Source: Takakia lepidozioides (lineage: Eukaryota; Plantae; Bryophyta). From it: a stretch of DNA of 64,000 nucleotides. A model generated the notes under the pieces. It made no database searches. It was given only the letters and a program-made list of their open reading frames with translations, and was not told the origin of the DNA. Made by a program: the position numbers and the translations under genes. Of the stretch, positions 51,155-62,800 are shown piece by piece (the stretch's first letter is position 1; each line of letters opens with the position of its first letter). The stretch spans positions 10,230,001-10,294,000 of the forward strand of contig CM060731.1 of NCBI GenBank assembly GCA_030704615.1. Direction: 5' to 3'.

Positions 51155-52907
51155 ATGGCTCCGAATTCCTACACTATAGTTTGTTGTCCTCCGCAACTTG
51201 GGAGAGCCTGGATCCCAAATGAGGGAGGACTTTGCAGAGTGACTGAAACTTACCTTTGTTCCAAATTCAAGCTCAAAGCGGGCACAGTTTATTTGGAAGA
51301 AGAAATGAAGGATGTTCCTGGACAGGTTGACGAGACCATTGTCGTGCTAGGTAACGACGGAGGTTGCGGAATCGAATGGCACGTACCCCCATCAGACACC
51401 ATCCTGTACCGAGTTGTGGGAATGCCCATTCCCTTTCCGAATCAGTCGTTGCCCACACCATCCACAGGCGACCACTGCCAACAGAGAGGTATGCAACGAT
51501 AATCATTCCCGAACTGGACCGTCAAGACCCTCCATAGCTTCTCGTGTGGACGTATTCGACATTTCCGATGATAAAGATGAGTGCATTGAGGTCCCCATGT
51601 CCTCCACACGGTCGTTCAAATCCGAGATGGACGTCTCTGCAGGTGCTACGTCTGTACCCTCGAGCATAACTCCAACCCGGTCCATTGTGCAGCTCCTACG
51701 GCAACATCACCTCGATGGTTCTCGCTCCGAGCTGGCTGCTCTCGACTATGCCAAATTTCCAGTCAGGAAGGTAACGTATCTGCCTCCCGAAGTCGATGAC
51801 AATGTCATCTTCGAGTTTCCACCTGTTACTTCCTCAAACAAAGCCTCAGGGATGTTAACAGACATGGATTGAAAGCATGACGGACACCCCTGGTGTGTGA
51901 CGAAGACCAGTAGCACAAAAATTGTGTTCGTGTACGATGCGTCCTCTGTGCGGGGAAGCTGAGGTGCCTCAATCCCGCCTGCTTCCACTTTCTTTCCAAA
52001 GGAGGGCGGAGAAACGAGATGGATTGGACTGGCACAACGCATCATCCATTCATTGTCTCCAGCCAAGCTCCTGCGGGTACTTTCAAGTGCGCACATTGCA
52101 AAGAACCACCGACGTGCATGTCCATGTGCAGAGCCAAGCAATATTACGTTATCCATTTGCTCCCGGACTTGACTAGAGCTTGCATACACGTTGGGGTCCA
52201 CTGCCACCCCTTGGCGAGAGGCAACATGCGTGAGGCTGTGCAGGAAGCACACGACATCATAAAAGAGGAGGTGAAATTGAGCCCCGGAGCCAGACCAAAG
52301 CAGATTCAGCTGAAGGCAGCCCACAAGATTGCTCTTGGCAAAATCATGTCTGAAGATGGTTCAGACCGAGTGCCCTTGAACGAAGAGGAGATGCTTGACC
52401 TGTTGGAGTCCGTCTCGCACGTTTGTAGTCCGAATGTGCGGAATCACATCGTATCTTGCAAGCAAGAGTTCGGCCGAGGGTCGGACATGCACTCAATCCT
52501 GGAGGTGAAACGAATGACTGGATATGACTACATCCAAGGTAGCAGGTTTCCAGGGCAAGGCAGCGAATCCGATCGTTGTTACATTTTTAAAATGTCGACG
52601 TGTGGGCCTAGGAGTGGAGTCGACTTGGTCACTCGCATGACAACTGGAAACTTGTCGAATGCTTAGGTGATGTTTGATCACATCAAGCGAATTACAAACC
52701 ATCAGTGGGTGACTATGGGTGCGCATGTTTATGACTATCACTCCAAGAGGCTCATGACGATTGCAATCTGCGAGATGAAAGGGGAGGACACACAGTCGGA
52801 GATGCATCTATGGGAGGGCATAAACGAGCAGATGACAAGGGCGGGATTGCCAGAGCCCAATTTCAGGGGATTCATGGCAGACAACGCTCAGGCCAAGTGG
52901 GCAGCGC
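51155..52907 (+). pseudogene. MULE-type transposase, sister element B (GCM-like domain plus first two catalytic Asp)
   Basis: DGHPW..CAGKLRCLNPAC..CAHC..C..C..ACIHVGVHCHP; MFDHIK; GFMADNAQA. Collinear with the element A transposase. Confidence 0.72.
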
Positions 52908-53689
52908 TCCTCCAAATTTGGAAATGCGGCAGATTAAACAAGTATTAAAATAATAGTTTTATATTTGACCTTGCCGTTTTTGGAAGTTACAGATCCTGTA
53001 ATGCGGCAAAGATATGTTGTCAGTAACAACTCCGCTCATGGTTTTTTAGATCCGCTCATGGAAATGAGTGACCGTGCAACGAGAAATCCAGTATACCACG
53101 GCAAAAGGACGTCGCATACTGGCCTGTATAGAGTATTCCGCGGTTTTACATGCCTTAACATTGGAATGAAGCTGACCCTTTTGCCGCGACTGAACCAATA
53201 GAGTCTGCACAATTCTGTCATCTTCCAGTATTCGGCGGGAAAGTTTTGCGACTCAACTAGGAAATGCGGCGCCGCATTTCCTTGCCGGGGGTCGAATGAG
53301 AAAAGCAAAGTTTGGGAGAGCAGAAAAACAGGAACCCTCCAACACACCAAAATACATGCACGTGGAAACACGAGTGAATGACATAGTATTATCTTAGTTC
53401 GAGAAAAACAGGTTACTGGTAGGCAAGACATAAGTCGGACCTTTCTGTGGCCAGAGTCAGAGCTACTTGCAGCAGTACAGTTCTACTATCCGAAAAGGAT
53501 GGGCGTACCATAGTGTTGGGACCGCAAGCCAAGGTCACTGGTCCCCTGGATCCATATTCAGAAGAATGTGGACCTCTTGGGGGCTCAACTCATGTCCGTG
53601 TCGGAATCCAAGCACCGCTCCTACAAGGACACAAACAATGGTGAGGAACCAATGGAAAGGTTCGTAATAGAAAGACAATTGCACGAAAA

Positions 53690-53950
53690 TGACAGCATCA
53701 TACCTCCCGCATGTACTGTCCGAACTGTCGATACCGGAAATGCCACCACCCCAACCAGTTGTGCAAGGCTCCCAGATTGGTTGTCTCCACTGCACCTGAC
53801 GTGTTCCACCAAGCCTCGATGATAGCAAACTTAACCTCCGCATCATCAAATGTGGGTGTGTGAGATAGACTCTGCATCCAATGGAATCCACATGATCTCT
53901 CTTTCCCCTCCATTGGAACATTGGGGTCCTCACCGTACACTCATGAAATC
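53690..53950 (-). pseudogene. Continuation of the element B transposase in inverted orientation
   Basis: VYGEDPNVPMEGKERSCGFHW (CxxH) ... FGQYMRE|GT, with the same intron donor position as element A. Confidence 0.72.
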
Positions 53951-54579
53951 CGCATGTCTTAGACTTCGGCTCACCGCTCATGCGACTCATGCGGCTCATG
54001 CGGCTCATGGCTCATGGCTCATGGTTTCTGCTCATGAAATAGTAAACCTCTTGCCCAAGCCATCAAACTTTCAATATTTGTGGATGAGGCAAACAACAGA
54101 GGTGTTAGGATCGGTTGAGCGCAAGGAGGAAGGGCATCCTACTGGTTTCACAACTGAGGTGAATGATGTCTTGAGGAGGTGTGTGTGGCCTGATTGTGAG
54201 AGTGGCACGGGTAGCCAACATGAGACTGAAGGCGTTGGCTCGATCTCTGGATAAGGATACTGAACAACCTGCATCTGAATTTGGTTTTGGGAATGAGTCC
54301 ACTCCAAGTCCTTACATGTTGCGATCTTCTCAAGTGAAAGATCGCGATGTGGCTGGGCATAGCCAAGCTGTAGAGGATTTGGGTTCTGTGGGATGCACAG
54401 TGAAGGTGAAATTCTCGGATTTGCACTTGGAGGATGTATCTTCATCCTCCAATGTCAGTCAGTGGCTTTATGGCACAGTGCTCGAATTGACATGGGATAT
54501 TGTTGCTGCCCACGAGGTCTTTCTTGTATCCTTGGCGCAGGTGTGCATACTGTATCCTCTCATTTTTGTCAATTGTTAG

Positions 54580-55100
54580 AATAGTCAATGCAAACAGAAC
54601 AGACTGGGATACAAAGCTACTGAAAGCTTTGTGGTCATACAGGACTTCATATAAAGTCACCACTAAGTATACACCATTCCAATTAGTTTATGGTATGGAA
54701 GCTTTACTTCCAGTGGAGTTTTTATTACCTACTATGAGAACTGAATGGGGAAGAAGAATGGAATTGGAAGATTCAATTAAGGTCAGGAAACATGAATTAT
54801 ACCATATAGAGGAAGTACGAGCTGATGCAGCTGACAACATGACGAGAATACAGATGAAAAGGAAGGATCAGTTTGATGAAGGGAAGTTGAAGACTTTCAA
54901 AACATGAGATTTGGTTTTGTGGTTGCAGAAGAAGGGAAAGATTAAGGCTTCTAAGCTTAAATCGCCATGGAAGGGACCTTATGTCATACAAAAGATGTAT
55001 GATAACAACACGGCCATGTTACAAACCATTAACAAGGAAATGCTGGGCAGGGTCAATGCCAACAAGTTGAAAGGATACAGTGGTATCCATGACAAGCCAT
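54580..55100 (+). pseudogene. Ty3/gypsy integrase C-terminal fragment (non-chromovirus type)
   Basis: DWDTKLLKALWSYRTSYK..TPFQLVYG..KLKSPWKGPY..VNANKLKGY. Confidence 0.8.
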
Positions 55101-55554
55101 TGAGGCACGATTTGCATATAGAACCACAGGAGCAAATACAGGCTGTTCTAGTAACACCAACGGAGCATAGAATACTTGTCGTTAAACCGGTGAGGAGCGG
55201 AAAACACAGATGTTTAAATAGCTATCATAGCCCAACACAGGGTCACACAGCCCTGTCGATGCAGAAATGTCAGCCACAATAGAAGAGTTACTGGGTCTGG
55301 CCCCTACTGAGATGCTGAATGATGAGGACCTTCCATTGTTTGAATCAAATGACTCTGATTCAGACTTTGACCCTGCAGAAGATGTAAGAGCCATGGGTGA
55401 TAATGGGGGTGATGCTGACATGTGGGATTATGTTGTCCATACTGGAAATGCCAGTCGTGAAGTGGGGCAGTACTCTTTGCCAGAGTCTTGGCACAATTAG
55501 GGTCCTTTTGAATTTTTTGGGGATGATATGTGGAACTCCACAGATAAATCTTTG

Positions 55555-55925
55555 CTAGAATTGGACTGCCTGAGCTTCCGTAACCCCTTGGGTTACAATT
55601 ATCAAGCGCCTCATGCGAGAGAAAGCCTCCCTCAAGCTCTCAGTAGGCTTCCGTTGGAACTCTTGCAAGCTCCGCAATTTCTCTGTCCTCACCCCTTGGT
55701 AGTTCCCTCTTAACTCTTCGAAGAACTCCACAACAGGGTTGAAGGCAGGCACGGGTACTGGTGCTGGTGCGGTAGTGGCTTGGGTGGATGTCGTAGCTAC
55801 GGTACCACCAGTCCCACTAGTCCCACTGCTGCTTGCTAAAGCTGCCGGTGCAGCGGCAGGTGTAGCTAAAATCATCCAACTCGATGGTGCCCACCGCCCC
55901 AAAGTACTTTTGTGGCCACTTGGTA
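55555..55925 (-). pseudogene. Second, internally deleted fragment of the DNMT-element gag
   Basis: Reverse complement matches 6360-6388 and about 6598-6886 (PAFNPVVEFFEELRGNYQG..EAQAVQF). Confidence 0.88.
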
Positions 55926-56406
55926 GCTCCATACATCTCCTCCATTGTGTCCCACAACAAATGGCAAGAAAACAACTTGCACCGCCGGTGTGAGTCATCC
56001 TGATTCACAATCCGAATCAGAAGGATGAATTGGAGTGGTGGTGAAAGTGGTCCTAGAACACACCTTGGGGATAATGCAGCCCTAGTGGATTTTTCAATCT
56101 TTTTTGGCCTATGTACGTGATGCGGAAGGTTGTGCTTATGACTTAATTTGTATGCCCGCACATTAAATTCAAAGGGTAGAGAGAAAAGAGGAAAATGATG
56201 GGTTCTCTTATCAGTGAGAGAGCTTAGAGCCTGGCTTGAAGTCCATATTCTCATGGGCATAAAAAAATTGCCCAACACTAGATGTTACTGGAAAGATGAT
56301 GAAGAATTCCTGAAATACGCTTCCATCGTCCGAATCATGAGTAGGAACAATGGGAAGCCATTTTGAGGTGCTTGCATCTAGTATACAATCGGACTGTTGT
56401 GACTGA

Positions 56407-58718
56407 AAGCGTAGCTACGGCATGAGCCTAGCCGCGTAAGCCCAGGAGCTCGACTCATGCTTTGCCCTTTAAGCGTGAGCCCAGGGTTTAGAGGAGGGAG
56501 AAGCAAGACCTATAACCGAGGACAGAGTTTAGAGTGGGTCCTATTACCATAGAAACATATATTTTGGAAGAAGATGTGAACACGACAAAACTTCCAAACA
56601 CGGCAAACACGATAATATACGGCAAACACGGCAATATTGAGTCCCCTTTAGAAGCACAACGATCGACCTAATTCCCCCAGCCCTACTTCGTCAACCCCAA
56701 ACACTCCCACCCCCAAGCACTTCACGCAGCTGGTCCCACCCTTCACCAGCCCCAAGCGCTTCACCTTGAAGACGAGCCCCAAGCCGCGATCCCACCTGGC
56801 CCCATTCTCACCAAGCCAACCTTCTCTAGTCACTGTTCTTATAAGTATACTCCTGCAGCAGCCACACCCACTAGTGAGTTGCTTTTCAACCCACCGACAA
56901 TAGTAGAACTATCTAGAAAGTAGAACTCTCTAGAAAGTCAACTAGTGAACTAGGGAAGATGGCTATACCAACTCTGGCCCGCGAGTAGTGGCTTTAACGG
57001 GTTCTGGACCTAGATGGCGGGTCCGGGTCCGGGACCGGGTCCGGTTCTGGGTTCATTTTAAAAATGAACCCGGGTCAGGGTCCGAGTTTTTGGTGATGGC
57101 ACGGGTCCGGATCCAGATAGGTAACCCGGACCCTAACCATGGTTTTTTTTAGGGATTTTGAAAAGGAGTAGGAGTGGCTATATATATTGGGTGTAGGCTA
57201 GTGCAAGTAGCTCACTCTAGGTAATTTTCCTTGAATTGGTAGGCCACATGTATTTCCACATTTGCCATATTTTGCGAATCAAATGGATGTTGATGAGTAA
57301 TAGAAGGTGAAGTATAGAAATAGTTAAAAACCATAGGACGAATGGAACTCTTTCTATTCTATATGAAAACCATAGGCTAATTGGTGCAAATGAGGTGTAT
57401 AGTTCTCGCAAGACCGGCGACGAGTATCTCCTTGGGATGGGAAACGGAGGAGGCCCCACAATCCTGAACCCATTCCTCATCTGGCCCGTCAAATCCTCCT
57501 TTATGGGGCCCGCCATGGCTACATTTGTGTTGCCCCCGTGGGTCCACAGGCAAAGACCTTTTTGACACTGCCAGTTTTTGGCGAAAACTGCCTTATTTGG
57601 AGATTTTTTTCCCTTTGTTTCATTCGCCAAGGGGATTTTCAGGCGGCCAAATGGCGAAAAATTGCTAATAAAAAAAACGCTGACCCTAACCTGCCGGGTA
57701 CCCAAGGTGAAAATCCGGACCCGCATAACACTCTCGTCGATGATCATCCTTGAAACATGATCATGAAGAAATTGAATGTGTTGACGCACTCATTTCTCCG
57801 CGGGGGGTGGGAACAAAAAATATATATATATTATTTTTTCCCCCTTCCCCCCCTTCCCCAACCCGCCGGGTACCCGGGGTGAAAATCCGGACCCGCACAA
57901 CACGGTCATCGATGTCGTCGATGATCATCCTGAAATCATGATCATGAAGAAATTGAGTGCGTTGACGCACTCAGTTCTGCGCGGGGGAGGGGACAAAAAA
58001 AAAACAATAATTTATTCTTATTTTTTATTTTATTTCCCCCCCCCCCATTTTACCCACCAGATACCCAAGGTGAAAATCCGGACCCGCACAACACCGTCGA
58101 TCATGAAGAAATTGAGTGCGTTGATGCACTCAGTTGTCCGCGGGGGGGGAGGGGACGAAAAGAAAAAACAACATATATATATATTCCCCTCCCCCCTATC
58201 CCCCCGAGGACTAAGTGCGTCAACACACTCAATTGCTTCATGATCATGATTTCACGATGATCATCGACGACATCTATCCAAATGCAAGGGGGGAAAAAAA
58301 AAAAAAAAAAAAAAACTTAATTTTTTTCAATCTATTTTTGAATTCTCATGTGCCTACGCCCCCTTAATTCCCAACCCGGTTTCCCTCCACGAACATGGCA
58401 GTTCGCTTAGGGTTAGGGTTAGGATTTGGAGTTACGATTTGCAACATTTCCCCGGTTTGCCATGTTTGCCGTGTTTCCGCGGTAATGACGTCACCTTAAT
58501 TCCCAGCCTATTTCTCTTCACGAACATGGCAGTTCGCTAAAGGTTAGGGGTTAGGGTTTGCCGTGTTTGTCGTGTTTCCGCGGTAATGGGTGCTCATCCG
58601 CGGAAATACACCCTGCATCTTCCCTCATTCTCGTGCCACGTGGATTGGGCTTACGTCAGGCTCTTGGGCTCACAGGCTCCTGGGCTCGCGTGGCTAGGCT
58701 CACACTCTAGCATCCCCC
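56407..58718. mobile_element. Non-autonomous TIR element (MULE-like) inserted in the piggyBac transposase
   Basis: 10-bp direct repeat TTGTGACTGA at 56397-56406 and 58719-58728; imperfect TIRs (TGAGCCTAGCC..GCCCAGGAGC versus GCTCCTGGGC..GGCTAGGCTCA); removing it rejoins ..RTVVTDSGNPGFDK. Confidence 0.82.
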
Positions 58719-59800
58719 TTGTGACTGACTCTGGAAACCCTGGATTTGATAAGCTAGCAAAGACTCGTCGGCTGATTGATGCACAGAATAAACTGTATGA
58801 TCAGCATTATGTGCCTGAACAACACTTGACAATTGATGAGATGATGGTCAAGTATAAAGGCAAGTATTGCAAATTGCAGCAGTATCTAGCGAAGAAGCCG
58901 GTGAAATGGGGTATCAAATATTGGGCCTTGGCCAATTCTACATCTAAATACGTCCAAAAGATAGAGGTCTATCTTGGGAAGGAGGATGATGTAGATTTGA
59001 GCCATGGCACGGGATATGCAGTGGTAAATAGACTTCTTGAGGGATTTGAGGGGAAAGGTCACATAGTCGTAATGGACAATTTCTTTTCCAGCCCTTTGTT
59101 GTTCTATGACTTGGCAGCCAAGGGCATCTACGCTACAGGTGCAGTCAAGGCAATCTGGATTGGATTTCCTTCGTCTTTAGATTTGGGAAAACATGGAGAG
59201 AGGGGGAGATTTGAGTATTGCATGCATATCTCTAGAAAGGTGGCAGCCTTGTCATGGTTTGACAGAAAATGTGGGAATTTTCTGTCTACTGCAATGAGCC
59301 CAGTGGCTGTAGGTTGTTTCATACCCCGTTGGCACAATGGGGCCCGGCGCTCGGTGCCTACTTCTCCCATAGTGAAGCACTATCAAGAATTTATGAGGGG
59401 GGTATATGTTCAGGACCAACTGAGGGGCTACTATAGTGTTCAGACCCGAGATCACAAATGGTGGCATAGGCTTTACTTCCATTATGTGGACACCTCTTTG
59501 GTGAATGGATACCTTCTTTACCTTGCATTCATGAAAGCCCGTGGTCGATCACCGATGTCGCATCTCTTGTTCAATTTAGAAGTTGATACTGGCCTGATTG
59601 AGAGGTGGCTTGGGCCCAGGAGAACAATGGTTCCAGAGTGTTGTGTCCCGAATCCTCGAGCATTGCATTTCTCCCAGCTGAGTTCTAGACGCCGCAAGTG
59701 TGTTGAATGTGGAGCAAGACAGAGGTACTTCTATAGTACCTGTGGAAATGTGGCTGTGTGCATGGGGAGATGCTTTGTCAAACGTCACTCTAGAATTTGA
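58719..59800 (+). pseudogene. piggyBac transposase core and Cys-rich C-terminus
   Basis: TIDEMM, KKPVKWGIK, MDNFFSS, GVYVQDQ (expected GVD), KWWHRLYF, CVEC..CMGRCF..H. Confidence 0.9.
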
Positions 59801-62800
59801 ATGGGTGACTTTATTTTTGGAATTGTCAGTGGCTTGCCTTGTTACTGCAGAGTTCTTGCAACAGATCCCAAGGAGGGGTTATTCTCTGGACACTTGCCCT
59901 TGTATGTAGTAGCACTATGTGTATGTTTGAACACGCTGGCTTGCCTTGCTGTGAGTGGGTTCATGCATTGGTATATGCTTGAAACGATAGTACCGGAGAT
60001 GTAACTGGATAGGGAGGCGCTTGGTTAGAGAGTCTTTGAATTGCTTGTTTGTTGGCTAATGATGTGGCATGTATGTGATCCTTGTTGTCAAGTGTTGGTT
60101 GTATGTAAGGATAATATTGCAGGTGTTACTTGGCTCTGGTGCAGAAGATATTTGGGGCGGACAGTGACGTGGTGCAGCTGGTTTTTGGGGTGACAATGTG
60201 GTGGGGCAGCTAGCAGTGATTTGGTACATTGGGATTTCATGTTTTGTGCAGGATTTTTGTATGTAATGCAGTCGGTGGATCAGCTTCAGCAGCTGGTCCT
60301 CGTCTAGGAGGTCTGTTTAGCAGCGAAGGCTGTAGGGAGTCAGTTTGGTGGCATGTTAGCTTATGTCCTAGTCCCCTCACCAAGCGGGGGTGCATGGGGC
60401 ATTCCCCTGCGGGAATTCCCCCTCCTTGTATGTATGTGTGGGCTGCCAATGGGGCACACTTTGTTGGGTTCAAATCCCACTCACACAAGGCTGTAGGCAG
60501 GTTTGTGTGGGGCTGTTGGGCTGGCACACAGGTTCAGCAGCAGTTCCCTTTGCTTGCTTGGTACTCAGCAGGTTGGCAGAATTTCTCATTATGGTGACCC
60601 CGTCTTTTTTCCAGTGCCAATGTGAAACATACAAAGCAATTGTCTCCAGCCTTTGAGTAGGCTGGCAATGGTGAGCCTGGCACCATGTCACTTTGCTGCC
60701 ATTGTGAAACATACGGTGGAATTGCCCCCAGCCTTTCAGCAGGTTGGCAGAATCTGATTTTTGGCCAATGGTGAGCCTGGCACCTTGTCTCTTTGCTGCC
60801 AATGTGAAACGTACAAGGACATACCAATTCGGCATCTTCGTTGCAAAGCCTCTCTCTAGTAGAGTAAAATGCTTTAGTTTGGGACATGGTTTGGGGTTGT
60901 CCAAAATGCACCAAAAGACCCCCCTGCGTTGACCATGTGCCATGTGGCGAGGACTTACCCAAAATTGCTCAATCTTGCCTTGTTGGACGCAGCATCCCGT
61001 GGGGATGAAAGCCTCCAACTCTCAGGTCCACCAGCCTTCATCCCGTCATCCAAAAATAAAAAATGCTAATTTGTTTTGTTTTTCCAAAAAGGGCTAAAAA
61101 ATGGGCCCCACTCCCAACGGGGGCGTTTTGCAGGATCTAACCTGATTGGCCTGCTAATTTGCAGAGCCGTAGGTGAGGTAGTTAGGCACCAAATGTGCGG
61201 TCAAATTTTTCAGGTTTTTTTTTTCCTGCGAGAAATTCCGTTTTTTCTGCTCAGTGGTCAGATTTTTCCAAAAAGTCAACATTACCCACTGGGCGCTTAG
61301 GGGTTAAGAATGTCAAAGAATGATGGAATCTGACCTTCTAGTTGATTCCACTGGCCTAAGGATATGCACTGTTATTAGCCATTTATTTTAGAAATGCTTC
61401 TATCCATCCATTTCATATATAAAGAAAATGATGTTATTGAATAATCACAATGGCAATGGTGAGGTGTTTGTTGTTTGCAGTTGGCAAATTGTGGCCTCCC
61501 TGGTGGTTATTTTTTCCACCTTTTTGTGAACATTTATCTGATTTAATTTGATTAAAAGGGCCTCTGTCCCCCTCTTTAAAAATAAAAATAAAAATAAAAA
61601 ATCGTGTCTATCCTTACGCCCTTTCGAAAAAAAAAACAATACTAGCAATATATACTTCATCAAGTTTCACCGCTTGAAGCTGTGAAGGTCACCATTGAAG
61701 TTGACTTTGCAATCTGAGAGCAAAAACATGGGAGTCTAAACAACAAGCTCTATATATTAGAGTGCTTCAAACTTTTCTCTGGTATAGTTTCTTCTCATTT
61801 CGTACTTCGTCATGAGAGACCAGACCAGACATAGTGGACAGATCCTAGCTCAAGAGGTTCTCGGTGGGTTGGGGTGGGCCTGATACACCTAACTCTGATG
61901 ACTACAAAATTATCCTTGCAGAAAGGGGAGAGCAAAAGTGGACTGCATTATGCTTTCTGAAGATCCAAATGAATCTAAAATATGTAAATCTTGGGCCCCT
62001 CACTGGAGTGGCAGGCTGTCCTTATCAAGGGGGCCAAACTTGATGCTGCCAAGACTGAGTTTGCCCGTTCTGTGTGAGTTATGTTGATCGGTTTTCTGTT
62101 TTGAGCAACCAGTTTCTGCCGCACCACCCCCCTCCCCCCCCCCCCCCCTCCCAACAAAGACCTTCTCCTTGTCAGCATGTGCCCTTTCTCGATGTGGGAC
62201 TGGCAAAGCAACCACAGTCTCATGTGTTGTGAGCTAGAAGCTAGATGACCAGGGATCAAACCAACATTATTCCACTCTAAGTTCTCCCAGCCCACTCCGT
62301 CAGAATACACATTACATCCTATTCCATGATCCCAGTATGTTCTAGATTATCTTCTGCGTGGCCCGCACTGCACCTGCAACCTCCACAAAGGTTCAAAGGC
62401 ACATACATAGAATCTGGGTGCTGTTACATTGTTGTGGACAAAAGTGAGGCACGGTATGGGGGTCCCACGGTAGTCTGCATGCACAGAGTACTTTGGGCGC
62501 AGTCTAAGTAGGGTGGAGTGGTCCTGGTTTTACGTTGAGGTGGTGAAAGACTCTGTCAAGTGACAGCTGAGAGGTCTTCCACCCAAGAAACTGATGGGCG
62601 GCACATCTATACTACATTACCAGGAGCAAGTGCAATCAACATTGGATATATAATGTAGCACCAAGGTCTTATGTTTTCAAGCATCTCACTAGACACTTCT
62701 TGTGTATTCTAGGACTCTCTCACTTAGGTTAATGGATGCTGGAGGTCTCGGTTTTGTTGAAGGTGAACAACAATTGCATGGTATTTGGGTGGTGTCTCTA

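Larger units (their letters stand above)
55267..61307 (+). mobile_element. piggyBac-superfamily transposon, interrupted; left end not found
   Basis: Acidic N-terminus at 55267 (tentative); ILMGIKKLPNTRCYW..IMSR..CLHL at about 56220-56390; core at 58719-59800; right end ...GGG followed by TTAA at 61304-61307. Confidence 0.75.

Noticed and set aside
58407-58423. TTAGGGTTAGGGTTAGG telomere-like repeat
   Set aside because: Fewer than three units and inside a TE; too short to call an interstitial telomere.
58586-58718. N-terminus of the 404-aa piggyBac ORF in the track
   Set aside because: Derived from the TIR of the inserted element, not from the transposase.
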